Part shown: positions 41,101-54,069 of the stretch, in pieces
Layout of the letters: every line of letters starts with the position of its first letter
How positions within the stretch are numbered: the stretch's first letter is position 1
Origin: Euglena gracilis
Lineage: Eukaryota
Length of the DNA: 64,000 nt
Direction of reading: 5' to 3'
Assembly: GCA_039621445.1 (NCBI GenBank)
Contig: CP154954.1
Span: 11,009,229 to 11,073,228, forward strand
Position numbers and translations under genes: made by a program
Notes under the pieces: model-generated
What the model was told of the DNA's origin: nothing
The model's input: only the letters and a program-made list of their open reading frames with translations
Database searches by the model: none

Positions 41101-43263
41101 CTCGCTTTTCGAGGGTACGATCCACTTGCGCCGGATAAGCTTCTCAATCATTTCATTGAGAGCTTGTTCGCGTTCTCCCGAACAACGAAAGACTTTCCGG
41201 TGCATCGGTTTAACTCCTTCCTTAAGCTCGGTCTTACAAACACCGAACGGACCGCGTATCGCGGGGTCGATGTCGCACGCGTATACTGTATTTTCCACCA
41301 CACCCTCAAATTCGCGGGTGATCCACGAACAGAATTCGGCTGCCTTGGGACGCAGCCCTGCACTCTCAATGACTGCGGAAACCACCAGGGTATCCCTGGG
41401 GCTACCGAGCTTCCTCGGCACCGCGAATTCGGACATTTCGAATGCATCGAAGAAACATACGCGAAAAATGATTTCTTGCAAGGGTGGTAATATTTTACCA
41501 CAAAAATCTTCAAAAATTGGTACATTAGTGGGTAAATCCCACCAATGAAAACATACACACGATAGTTGGGTGAACCATTCCGCTTCCGGAATGACGGGTA
41601 TGAGAATAACTCCACGGGCTTCATCCCGCAGAATTTTCCCAACCGCACATTCGATAAGTTTTGGGGGAGGGTACATCCATAACACCGTATCACCCCAAAA
41701 TTTATCAAATGCGTTGGAGTGTTGTGACCAATGACGTGGCAAACGGGCATGTGCATTGGATGAAAAGGCATCGATTTCCAATGCCAAATCAAATGAATCA
41801 GCCAATGTCGCGACTTTGGAAAACCGTTGTTCCAAAATGCGATATTGACCAAAATTTAAAGCATTCCATACGCGTTTCGCGTATACATGCACCCGATTTC
41901 CGGGTTGGGGTGACGAAACACAATGAATGGATCCACAAACATGCGGGCAGTCTTCCACTTCCTCAAGCGTTAATCCCAGGGGAGTTTGGACAGGTTGGGG
42001 TTTTCTCCATTACATCAAATCCGTACCAAGTTTGATTGCGATTGAAATTAGGAATGACGCTTTTCGCGTTTCTAAACGAGGCTAATCCGCGTTGTTGGAG
42101 TGCTCGGTGTATCTCCGCGCATTGCGGGCTACAACCAAGTGTATCATGGCGTGTGTATTCCGTCTTCGGAATTGTGATTAGTGTCGGATTTTGAACTAAA
42201 CATCCACAATCGAAATCCGATTCGGTGGATATTCTCCTGCAGTGCACACATTGGAAGGACGTGTGATGGTGTGACGGGTGTGCGTGTAAGTGGGTGTCGA
42301 TGGCATTAGCCGGTGAGTCTTGTACAGGTGTTCCTGGGTTCGGCACAATTGGTGGGAATCGGCGTGGTGGCGTAGCTGGGCGACTACTCGACACCGTGAT
42401 CCCTGCAGGCCTTTGGGCTTTCGTCTTGTAACCCAGTGGAACGGCGTGGGTACCGCTACTCGCTTGCCCTACCTCATTTGGAACGCATGTAGGTGTGTCA
42501 TTGGGTAGGAGTGAGGCTTTCTACGTAGCCCGAGTGTGGAAAACGGTTGTTGGTGTGGTGGATAACAGTGTTGCCACTGTGTGTAACGGTGTTGGAAAAG
42601 TGGTGGTCATCATAGTGGATGTCAACGGTGATGGTGGTTTGGGTGGCATTGCAGTCTTCGGTGCTGTGCGCAAACCGTGGGAGTCTTAATCCACAACCAA
42701 TCGGTACTGGCGTAAAATGGGTATCCCAAAATTACGTCAGACCCGTGATTTCCGGACTCGCAACCGAAAATATTGGTGAAATGTTGCAATTGTGGGGGGG
42801 GGGGGTGAGTGATGCTTGGGGATGATGGGCAAGAGTATCTCGAGCACACATCACAAATTACCACGGACACATGGGGGTGTTATCCGCGGCTGTAATTTTG
42901 ATCGGTTTCTTGGCGCTTACCAAGAGCGGGGTCGGTATCAACCCGAACCGAAAGAGCAGTGCGCGACAACCAGTGTCAACGAGAATTTTAACTTTAGTGG
43001 AGAAATGTTGAATGCGAATTTTCCATTGGTGGTACGTAAAGTGAAGGTTCTCGCGAAAATACATTTGCCTGCCAGCTTTCCTATGAACCGTTTCCTACTT
43101 TGATCAGCATTCCGAGCGGAAATGTGGAGTGGGGGGTAGGGGACCTGAAATAATTCCGGGTACTGACCGTGAAGGCGGATGGGCAGGGGGGGCAAGGTTG
43201 ATCAGGTCTTACCTCCATCTGTTCATCAGCCCAGAGGTCCGAGCCCTCGGACCTCGGGCTCCC
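38170..43263 (-). pseudogene. pol: pol of element B
   Basis: ILVDTGC; GSDVILGYPF; WRLVLDYRYLN; VYIDDVL; DSSDYAVGGVL; YHNHGHP...[27 protein letters not shown]. Confidence 0.92.
41443..41868 (-). other. Dam/DIRS-like adenine methyltransferase-like domain in pol B, in frame with RT
   Basis: IDAFSSNAHARLPRHWSQHSNAFDKFWGDTVLWMYPPPKLIECAVGKILRDEARGVILIPVIPEAEWF within ORF 40876-41958. Confidence 0.75.
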
Positions 43264-46200
43264 CTACTCCAAGTCCGAACCCGCCGCATGGCCGGCAACG
43301 GACTTTTTGGTGGAATAGATGTAATTCAATGAGCGCACCGCCATTCGGGCCTCATTAAATTCTCCGTCCGAGGTCTCATCCCCCTCCCTGCCCGAAGCCG
43401 GGGTGTCCTCCTCCAAACAACAAATCTAGAAACCTACTTTTCGCCGGTTGGAGGAGTTACCACGGTGCTCGCGGCGCTTACCGCGATTTCTGTAGCCGGG
43501 CCGGGGGGAACGAGACCTGGGACATTTGGATGAGTGATGGTCTTTGGAACCGCAAAGTGAACAACAGGGATTTGTGGCGGGATTCCGCATAACGGGGGGA
43601 ACGGTATTCCGTTCTTCCGTCAAACCGTCGTGGTGAACGGGTTTCCTGTCGACCATGACCAGTGTATCGGGGTTTCCCCGATGACTCGCGCCGAAGAGGA
43701 TGATCCACTTCGCGAACGAGATCGTGAAGAGTCGCGATTGAAATCTTGTTTTCGGGTAGGGGGACCAGGTGACCGACCGCGAGAAGGACGGGTTTCCCGA
43801 CCATTAAGCGATGGTGACTTAGGCCTACGACCGCAAAAGCGGTTCTCCGAAGAACGTGAAACTCCCGATTGACGTGAAAACGCCGAGGAACCCGATCCCC
43901 GTGAGGAGGGCGAGCCCCTTGGGCTTCCAATACGCTTTCGCGCATCGGGATTCGGGCACTCCCGAGACATGTGACCAGATTTGTTACACAAAAAGCACAC
44001 TTTATCCGTGCCTTGGTCCGAAGAACGCTGATTCCGCGTTTTCGGTCCCGTGGTGGGTGATCTTGGTGACTTGGGTGACTTGTACAACGCATTAACCGCA
44101 CCCGCAGGGATTCCCGCGGTGGGATGCGTTTGGAAAGCGGACTGTATTTGTCCCAAAACTTGTGAGAGCTTGAGTTGCTTTGACGCATAATTCCAACGTT
44201 GGGCAAGAGTCATCTCATGCCCTGCCAACTCCTCGCGATGGATATCCTTCACGAGGGATGGTGTGAAATGCAACAAAACCGCATCGAATTGTTTGCGCAT
44301 TTGCCTCTCGCTAAGTTCATCAACTTCGGAAGCAAGTGCTAACCATTTGGCATAACAAAGGTCAACGGATTTCCATTTGCGATCCGATGGCGCGCATTGT
44401 CGCCATTTCTTCTCCAGGGTAATCCTGGTGACCAAGCTTGAATTGGTTGAAGCGTATTGCTCAACCAGATCTTCAAATGATACGCCATTACGTATCACCA
44501 AATTGCGTGCGCGTTCTCGCTCCTGACTCGGTAGGCAATCGATGAATTACATCTTGACTACCTCGGGATTCGGGTCTTGGGTGGGTCCTTTTAGTACCCA
44601 GTAGTACTCCCAGTCCCGAAAAAAATTGTCTCCATGTGGTTGGATCCCAGTCCCATTGGGGCTTCACCTTGTTCGCGATTGCGATGGTGCCCTTGAAGTC
44701 TCTCTGAGTAACCCGTTGACCCTCGGTTGTATTCCAGGGGTTTGGCTGCGGATAATTCTTAACACCAAACGCGTTTCGCGGATTTTCCGTTCCAAGTGTG
44801 ACCTGTGCAGGATTTCCCTCACCAAGTGTAAGGTTGGCAGGATTTTCCTGCGGGAATTGCGAAAAATGTGGTAAAATTCTCCCGGTGGGGCGGGTTTCCC
44901 GCCGAAAACCCGATGGCGGTTGGTATGATCGCGAATGCGACACAACACCAATACCAGGTGTGGGGTGTTGGCTCATTCCTCGTACAAGGTTGGAATGTTG
45001 AATTTCTTCGTGGAGACTCGAAGTTTCGAGCGGTGGATCAATTTCCTCATCGGAAATGTCGTGTGAAAAGTGGGTTTGTGCATTGGGCAAATGCAAAGGT
45101 GGTACAATTAGCGTTTTCGCAGGTGGCTGTACCAAATTCGCGGTGGATGTAGGGATTCCTACTCCAGAAACAGTAATTTGAGAACACGATTCAGGGACAT
45201 TTGGAATAACAACCGCAGCGCTTACCGCGGTGGGTGGTGGCATAACCGGTACCGGAGTGGACATTTTATCCAAACTCGCGGACAAGTCATGCACCGTTTC
45301 TTCCAAATGTTCCACCAACTGGAGTTGGCCGCAAATACGGTCAACCTCAGTCTCCAAATGTTGCGGTGGTAACGTGAAAAATCGTCCAAGTTTGGTAACT
45401 TTTCAGAAACCAAGTGTAAATCTTGGACAAGTTGTCCTTGGGACTCCTCCACATTCTGGAGTTGACCCGCAAGCACTTTTACTGCATTTGCGACAATTTG
45501 CAATTGGTGGGGTGAATTGGTGTGGGTTTCCGCGGTGGTGCGCGAATGTTCCGCGGTTGGCTTTTCCAACGACGCATAAATTCGCCCATCCAACCGTGAA
45601 ACCTCATCTTGCATGGATCGGGCATTCTGATTCACAGATTCTTCAAGTTGAATCAAACTCGTGCAAAATGCTTGCAAGGTTTCCTTGTTGTCACCAAGCA
45701 TTTTGATATAAAATGAGCGAAATTCTGGTGAATCGGATATCCGAGCACGCGAAACATTAGGAAGTGCGCGAATTTCAGCTACTGTGGTGGACAACAATAT
45801 GCAACGGGTTTGCAACTCCCCAATAGCGGCTTGAATACCACTAATGTCGGGAATTCGCTTAGAAAGTGCAGAAACATGCTCCTGCAAAACGACAACGGTG
45901 GCATTAATACCGCCAATGTCCGTTTGCATTTGTTGTTGCGTGAAATCCAACCGTTGTGTGCAATCCGTGATTTTCGCGTTCAAGGAGGGTAATCCATCCT
46001 GGTTTGCGGCACAATGGCAGGATTTTTGCTCTAACTGTGAAATTCGTTCCTCCAAAAGCTGGATTTGCGTACGGGGAACAACATTTTCTTGCACTTTCGC
46101 TTGAAGTTGCTTCAAATGTTCGATTTCCGAGCAAAGATGCAAAATCCGTTGTTGGGCTTCTTGGAAAGAAGTGGTGAGTGCGGCAAAATGCTCAACCGCA

Positions 46201-47304
46201 ACAAAGTTACCGATTTCCGGTATTTTGGGGGTGGCATTTTGCGCTTGTAACTGGTGCTGCAATTGCAGTAGGATGGTTGAACAGGATTCCACCTTGGCAA
46301 AAAGATGGCTCATACCATCTTGCACATGCAGAAACTTGTAATCATTCCGCGTTTCTGCTTCATGCAGTGTTTCACTGATTTGTTGGAAATTTTGTGCAAG
46401 TTGGATGAGCAAAATACTGTCCACACTTTCTCGAAAATGCTGAAGGTGTTTCCCAGCATTTTCAAAATTGTGCTGGCAATATTTGCCCATTTCCTGCAAA
46501 CAATTCCAGCAATATTCCAGCTTGGTGTTGACAACCCTTTGTCCTCATCAAACTGCAAAACCTTGTAAAGCATGGTTGCGCATTCCGCAACGCATTGGTG
46601 GACATGCAAAATTTGCTTGCTTAGCGGGTGATCTGCTGGGAGTTGACCGAGAATCCGGTAAACATCACCGGGGGTGAGGTTATCCCTCAAATCATCACCA
46701 TAGTCCTCCACAACGGAAACGGCACCAGAGATTTCCGGTACCACCAGACGCATATCTGGATTCCATGGCAAAGCAGGGAAAACCGCAGTTTCCGCGGGTA
46801 ATCCCGGCAATGCGTGAAATGGTGTGGGGGGTGGAAATTGAGGGGGGGTTGGAAAAAACACGGTGTTTCCACCGAGTTGCACTCCAAATGGCCCACCGGT
46901 GCTTCTACCGGGGATCTTTTGGGTGTGAACAGAGCAAAGGGCAAATACCCCTCACTTTGTTCATGGGTAACATGAGTAACCAAGTGTAAAGGTGCAAGGG
47001 GTTCATCTCCTCGCCCACTTAATGATGGGTGAACCGGGATGGAGGAAGGCATTTTGCCACCTACATCCCGCACAATCAATGGCAATGATCATGAGGAAGG
47101 CTTATTGCCCCCTTACAACAATAAATGCGTTTCGCCTTGTGACAATGACAATTGACGCAATGTGTCTTCTTGTTGGTTGGCGAGTCGGGAATTGGAACTT
47201 GTTTCATTCGAACCGTTCCAATCCCCGCAATCTTCATCAAGATTGGTCAATGAACTCATCAACAAGTCATAATCAAATTTGTGGTTGGGGCTTGTGCTCT
47301 GCAT
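43264..47304 (-). pseudogene. gag: gag of element B (~1,345 codons, two CCHC knuckles)
   Basis: Start MQSTSPNH conserved with C (MQSTGPNH); VKPQWDWDPTTW; CFLCNKSGHMSREC and CSLCGSKDHHSSKC. Confidence 0.85.
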
Positions 47305-47517
47305 CTTTTGAGATGGATAAAAAGGCAAAAACCCAAAAATTCACACAAATAAGCAGAGAAACAGGGACCAGAAAGGTTGTATCGGCGAATACCGAACAGA
47401 GCCTTCTGTGACCTGTATCTTTGCTTAAAGGTTGGCTAAGGGCCAGGAACAGTACTTTCACCGTGTTTCACGGCTCAGTACGATCATCACCACCAGTCAA
47501 CCACAGAGTTTCTCTGT

Positions 47518-47545
47518 GTAGGACCGTAACCTAATTCTGCTACCA
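47518..47545 (-). promoter_or_regulatory. PBS complementary to the 3' end of initiator tRNA-Met
   Basis: TGGTAGCAGAATTAGGTTACGGTCCTAC immediately after the LTR end. Confidence 0.8.
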
Positions 47546-47956
47546 AGTGTACGTCCAAGGACTTCCCTTTGACCCCTTTTGTCCCGGAAAAGCCTGTTTT
47601 GCTTTCTCCTGGTGCGCACCTACTTAGGTGAGTAAAAATCCTTGGAGTAACAAAACCCTTTTTCCCAATTCCCCTACGCTAAGGCAGAGCACAAAGCAAG
47701 TCAATGTGAAAGGATTTTCCTTCACAGTCGTGTTCAGTCCTTTCAGAGGTTTATCCTCTTACTTCAAAACAATCAGAATGGGAAGAATAGAATACCACCT
47801 GTGAGGAAAAGAGATCACGCGAGCACGTGTGATACGTGTCGCTAATTCTCATAGGACCTGCCACGATCGTCAGGCTGTGTTCACCACAGCCGTCAGATTG
47901 TGACGGATCCAGACTCTGCAGGTTTCCTACAGAGCTGGGATCGTGCCTGGTACACA
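47546..47956 (-). repeat. 5' LTR of element B
   Basis: TGTGTACCAGGCACGATCCCAGCTCTGTAGG...GGACGTACACT; homologous to 12424-12851. Confidence 0.85.
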
Positions 47957-49320
47957 CCATATACCTACCCTGGAGATTGGCCATGAATCGCTAATGCGAA
48001 ACACGGAACTTACCGCGATCCCGCGATTTGCGGGTGAACAACGGGATTCATACTCCCCTGGTATTTTACCACACCCCGAATTGTGGAATCGCGACCCTTT
48101 ACAATCCGAATCGCGGAATCGCGTAACACAACCATATAAGTCGCGGAACTGCGATGTACCAAATACCCATGGTACCTACGGTACCATGTGTACCATCCCG
48201 GATGCGCATTCGCACATGCCACCACAACAACCCTATAACAACAATTACGATGGAAATCGCGGCCCACAACGCGATTTCAAAGGCACCATTACATGTGCCA
48301 ACACGGTGAAACCACAATGGGACGGAGATCCCACAACTTGGAAACAATTTTGGCGCGATTGGACATACTGTTGGGACTTGAAGGGTTCAACCCAAGACGG
48401 GAACCCAGAGGTAATCAAGATGTAATTCATTGATTGCTTTCCCAAGGAAGAAAAAGATCGCGCCCGACAACTTGTGATCCGGAACCGGATTACGTTTGAT
48501 GAATGGTTGACCAATATGCGTCAACCTGTTCAAGCCTAATTTCGCGAATTACGCTGGATAAATAATGGCGGCAATTCGCACCAACTGACCGAAAATGGAA
48601 GTCAATCGACCTTTGGTATTCCAAATGGTTGGGATTGGCTTCTGAGATTGATGAACTGGGAGAGAATCAAATGAAAGAACAATTCGATGCGGTTCTCCTC
48701 CATTTCATTCCTTAAATTATCAAGGACATCCACCGCGAGGAACTGGCGGACAACAAACTCACACTTGAACAACGATGAAAAAACGTTTCCAAACAAATGA
48801 AACTCTCACAACTTTTGGGACAGATACAATCGGCTTACACCAACCACCCTACCGCTGGTCTCCCTAGCAGTACGGTCAGTGCCCTACAAAAGACTTCTTC
48901 TCCAAAATCCCCACGGGGATACCGTAAACATACAAACCCCCCAAGGGGCGATACAAAAACGCGCTATCTGCGCTCATCTGCCCAATCTTCTGACAAAATT
49001 TGCTTTTTGTGCAACAAATCGGGGCATACGTCCCGGGACTGCCCCCACCCTGATACGCGAAAGCGGTATCAGAGTCCAAATGGTTCATAATCCTCGCGGA
49101 GCTCTCGCTCCTCTGGATATTCGCACAAATCTGGACAATCACAATCTTCGGGTTATCGACAAAGGTCCTGATCACCGTTCCGCGACCGCGGACGCGATCG
49201 CGCACCACGTGGTCGATCACCCCGACCCCCTTACAAACGTGACACAAGTCGCGATTCATCGCGATCACGTTCGCGAAGTGGATCATCTTCTTCAGGATCG
49301 TCATCCGGGAAACCGGATTA
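47957..49320 (+). pseudogene. gag: A-type gag fragment (core and zinc knuckle)
   Basis: VKPQWDGDPTTWKQFWRDW; CFLCNKSGHTSRDC; homologous to 27270-28600. Confidence 0.85.
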
Positions 49321-49329
49321 CTATGAGAG

Positions 49330-49988
49330 GTACTTTGGGATGATAGGGAGGAGTATGTCCAAAAAGCATCCCAAGTCATCACCACACATGGGGCTGTTGT
49401 CAGCAGTCATAATTTTGATGTGGTACTTGGCTTTCACCAAGAGGGAGTTGGGAATTAATCCCGTTCGAAAGAGAAGGGTGATTCGCCACCCTGTGTCGAC
49501 CAAAATTTGGCATTTGGTGGAAACATTTTGTGTTTGGATTTCCGCTTGGACGAAAAGTTCCATGGGTGGTACGCAAAGTGCAGGATCCGGTGTAAAACTG
49601 TTGTCTCTCCAACTATTCCAGGATCCCGTTCCTACTTTGCTCAGCATTCCAGGCAGAAATTTGGAGTGAGGGGTGGGGGACCCGAAAATTTTCCGGGTAC
49701 GGACCAAAAAGGCAGATGGGCAGCGAAAGTAAGGTTGATCAGGTCCTACTTCCGTCTGTTCATCAGCCCAGAGGTCCGTTCCCACAGACCTCGGGCACCC
49801 CTACTCCAAGTCCGATTCAGCACTTCAGCTGTCTCTCGTTTTCTTGTGTGAGTAGATAGCGCGCAATGCGCGGACCGCATTGCGGTCATCCTCCAATGAG
49901 GATTCGGAGTTCTCATCCCCCTCCCTGCCCGAAGCCGGGGTTCCCTCCTCTAAAGACGAGATTTTGAACCCGACCTTGTGTTTTCTAT
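49330..49988 (-). pseudogene. Inverted A-type gag end / protease fragment
   Basis: GTDLWADEQTEVGPDQ...ILVDTGW; collinear with 26415-27075. Confidence 0.85.
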
Positions 49989-50303
49989 TGTGTACCAGGC
50001 GTATGCTTCTGTCCCCTTCCGTTGAAGAAGTTAGAATGGAAGCAGATCCTATTAGGATTTCCTAATGGGTGCCCGTTCTCTCTCCACAGGTGGTATTCTT
50101 CTTTATACCTTTTCCTTCCTTTCCATCGGACCGGACTTGGTTATCCAGTCCGTCCTCCCTGCATTGCTCTGTGCTTTGCTTCTTCGGAAGTGGGAAAAGG
50201 GATTTTCTGTTACTCTGATTTTCAGTTGCCAAGTAGGTGCGCCAAGGCGAAAGCGAAGTCTTTTGGGAATTGGGAAAGGAGAATTGGGAATCAGACGTAC
50301 ACT
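49989..50303 (+). repeat. 5' LTR of element C
   Basis: TGTGTACCAGGCG...AGACGTACACT; shares CCACAGGTGGTATT and AAGTAGGT..GCCAAGGCGAAAGCGAA with 12424-12851. Confidence 0.85.
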
Positions 50304-50534
50304 TGGTAGCAGATTAGGTCACGATCCTACACATACAGCCCATACAGAAAGAAACGCTATCAAGTATTACACTTGGTAGCAGATTGGTTACGATCCTATA
50401 CACACTTCACAAAAAGAAAGGCTACCAGGTATTATACTTATTAGCAGATTAGGTCACGATCCTACACATACAGCCTATACAGAAAAAAAAGGCTACCAGG
50501 TATTACACTTGGTAGCAGATTGGTTCGATCCTAC
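50304..50534 (+). repeat. Four tandem ~70 bp units, each carrying a tRNA-iMet PBS
   Basis: TACACTTGGTAGCAGATT(A)GGT(C/T)(A)CGATCCTA four times (third unit mutated). Confidence 0.9.
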
Positions 50535-50723
50535 GCTGACTGGCAGAGGAGAGCCCCTGCACCGTTATTACACGGTCGCAGCGTCAGCTCCCGGCTTCTA
50601 GTCAACGTCTAAGCAGACGAGCAGGATCCGGAAGGCTCTGTACGGTATTACCCGTTACAGCCCCTCTGGTGCCAGCACAACTGCTTAGTTTTGTGGGTTT
50701 TTGCTGTTTTTGTCATCAAAAAG

Positions 50724-53700
50724 ATGCAAAGCACAGGCCCCAACCATCAACTCAATTATGCCTTATTACAGGCATCATTGCAATACATTGACCAAGAAAC
50801 AGGGGATTGGAAGCTTTAATGTGAAAGTGCTTCCAGTTCCCACGCCGATGAGGCACCATTGGTTCAATTGTCAAGATTGCAACATTTGTCATCATTGACA
50901 GTGGTCGGCGATGAGCCCTCCACTTCATTGGCTTCAGAGGCTAATGCGGCCTCTTCCGCACTCACCTTGCCACAACGGGGGTATTCGCCTCTGTCTGCGG
51001 CAATGGTGCAGCTGCGCACACCGGAGAGACCCGTGGTGATTCCGCCACCGGGCTTCTCTGGTGATGGTGGGTTGGAAACCCCGTGTTTCTTTCAACCACC
51101 ACCCGTTCTTCTACCGGCAAGCCCTTACAGAGCTTTGCCACCACCACCCATCTTGGGTGCTATCCCGCACTACCTTGGCAACCGGAGACTCGCCTAGTGG
51201 TACCAGAATACTCTGGTACGTCCCAACACATGGATGGTTATGGGAAGGGCACTGTGGAGCTCCTCACTGCTGAGGATGTGCAGGATATCGTTGCTCGGCT
51301 TCCCGGGGATCACCCCCTTGTGAGGCAGTTCAACCATGTGCAACAATGCGTTGCAGATTGTGCAACCGCACTCAACAAAGTGCTCCAGTTTGATGAGGAC
51401 AACCAAAAACATGTCTTAACCAAGCTGGAATACTGCTGGAATAACTTGCAGGAAGTTGGCAAATATTGCCAGAGGAATTTCGAAAGTGCGGGTATTGACC
51501 TTGCAAACTTTCGGGAAACCTTTGACAAAATGTGCCAACAACTCCCGCAAAACTTCCGGCAAATTAGTGAATGCATGCATGAAGCGGAAACGCGGAATGA
51601 TTCCAAGTTTCTGCACTTGCATGACTCACTACGACAGTTATCGGGACAAATGGAGTCCTGTTCCTCCTCGTTGTTGCATTTGCAACAACAGTTGCAGGCA
51701 CGAGATTTCTCGTCTGCAACACCCAGCAGTGGTGGATTTGTGTCTATGGACCATTTCACCACATTGTCCGCAACTTTCCATGAAGCGCAACACCGCATTA
51801 TGCAGTTGTGCGATGAAACGGAAAAGTTTCGGCAATTCCAGTCACAAGCCAACGAGAATTTTGCTCCCCACACGTATATGCGGCAGTTGGAGGAGCGACT
51901 TTCCCGCTTGGATCCGAAAACCTGCTATTGTGACGTGAATCACGTTGGATTGTCCAATCTGAGCGCGGAAGTGGCGGAAGCAGCACAACGGCAGGATTCT
52001 CTGCAGTTGCAGTTGCAATCCGACATTGGCGGGATTAACTCGGCCATTGTGGGTTTGCAACAAAGCTATTCCGCACTTTCCCACCGAGGAATCGGTGAAT
52101 CGGAACGCCTGATACACACAAAGTGAGACCACCAGGTTGGATGAGCGAATTTCCGCGTTTTTGGATAAGCCACAACCCGGAAATTTGCCCGTGGGTACCA
52201 CAACCGCGTTGTCGGATAACCCTGCACCGGTTGCACCCACCACCACACCAACCAAGGTAACATCACCTTTGCAGATTCTGTCAAATGCTGTAAAAGCATT
52301 AATGGGACAACTCCAATTATTGGACAAGTCTCACGGGAAGCTTGTCCAAGATGTTACCGGAATTTCCGACAGGATTCCGCACTTGGATGACTTTTCCCGT
52401 TACCGCAAGCGTATTCGCGCTTTGGAGGATGAAATTGACCATATTTGCGGCCAACTCCAACTTGTTGAGCATTTGGAGCAAAGTGTGCATGACTTGTTTG
52501 TGGGTTTGGATAATGTGTCCAACCAACAGCGGGTTTCACACCGCAATTCGGCAGTATGCATTGCCGAAGATGCGCCAAATGTTCCAGAGTCCCGTTTCCA
52601 TCACCCGGCTCTGGGTGCACATGCACCACCACCACCCGTATCCCGAGTGTCACAATCCGCGATTCCGCGAATTGTGCCACCATTGGCCTTGCCCACAACC
52701 CAAACCTGGTTTTCGGATGAATTTCCAATTACGGGAACCGAATTTGCGGAAAACACGGCGATTCCGCCAAGTCTCCACAAAGAAATACATCATTCCATGC
52801 TTGTGCGTGGAATGAGCCAAACCCGTACACCGGGAGTGGGTCACACGTTGCATGCGCCACATACCCCCACACCGGCGAGTCCCCGTATTACGGGTGACCA
52901 ACAGGGTTTGCGACCGGATTTGCGGTACCAGGATTCACCTTCACCAGAACTTTCGCGATTTCGACAAGGTTCCGGAAAGGATACGCTTGGTGCTCGAGCG
53001 TACCCAGGCCCAAAACCGCGGAATACCACCGAGCGTCATTGGGTTTCTCAGAAAGACTTCAAGGGCACCATCGCAATCGCGAATAAGGTGAAACCGCAAT
53101 GGGACGGTGATCCAACCACATGGAGACAGTTTTTCCGGGACTGGGAATACTACTGGGCAATGAAAGGGCCAACCCAGGACACAAACCCGGAGGTGATCAA
53201 GGTGGACTTCATCGATTGCCTCCCAAGGGATGAGAAGGGATGACAACTCGTTATTCGCTACCGCGTTTCCTTTGATGACCTGGTGGAGCAACACGCTTCC
53301 ACCAGTTCAAGTTTGGTCGCTAGGATTACCCTGGAGAACAAGTGGCGGCAATGCGCCCACCCGACCGCAAGTGGAAGTCCATTGACCTTTGGTATGCCAA
53401 ATGGTTAGGACTTGCCGCTGAAGTGGATGAACTCAGTGAAAAGCAAATGCGCGAACAGTTTGATGCTGTTCTCCTGCATTTCACGCCTAGTCTCATCAAG
53501 GATATCCACCGTGAGGAGTTGGCGAGTCATCCAATGACTCTTGACCAACGCTGGAATTACGTTTCCAAGCAGTTGAAGCTATCACAGCTTCTTGGTCAGA
53601 TTGAATCCGCGTATAACGCACACCCAACCGGTGGATTACCGGCTGGTTCGGTGAACGCATTGCAAAAATCACCGGTTTCACCCACTTCACCCACCACGGG

Positions 53701-54069
53701 ATCGAAAACGCGATATCCGCGTTCTTCGGACCAAGCCACGGATAAAGAGCGCTTTTTGTACAACAAAGCGGGACATATGTCTCGGGAATGTTCTAATCCT
53801 GAAGCGCGTAAGCGTATTAAGAGTCCGCGAGGCTCGACCTCTTCACGGGGTTCGGGTTCCTCCGCATTTTCACGCCAATCGGGCAATTCACGGTCATCGG
53901 GTCCCCGTTCCGGTTGTATTAGCTCCCGAATCCCGTTCCGCGATGAGCGGAAACACAGTACCCCTCGGGGTAGGTCAGCCGGTGCCCGCATGGCAGTGCG
54001 CACGTTGAAATCCGTTTACACCTCTAAAAGGCCCATAGCGGCTATTCGGCCGGTTCGGACCTGGAGTAG
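50724..54069 (+). pseudogene. gag: gag of element C
   Basis: MQSTGPNH start; ORFs 51083-52126, 52137-53243 (VKPQWDGDPTTW), 53342-54124; knuckle degenerate. Confidence 0.85.

Larger units (their letters stand above)
33813..47956 (-). mobile_element. Element B: same family, 5' LTR to mid-ORF3, 3'-truncated
   Basis: LTR, PBS, gag, pol and ORF3 in order on the minus strand. Confidence 0.9.

Noticed and set aside
50304-50534. CRISPR array or tRNA genes
   Set aside because: The spacers are themselves similar, no cas genes are present, and only a tRNA 3'-end complement is there, not a cloverleaf
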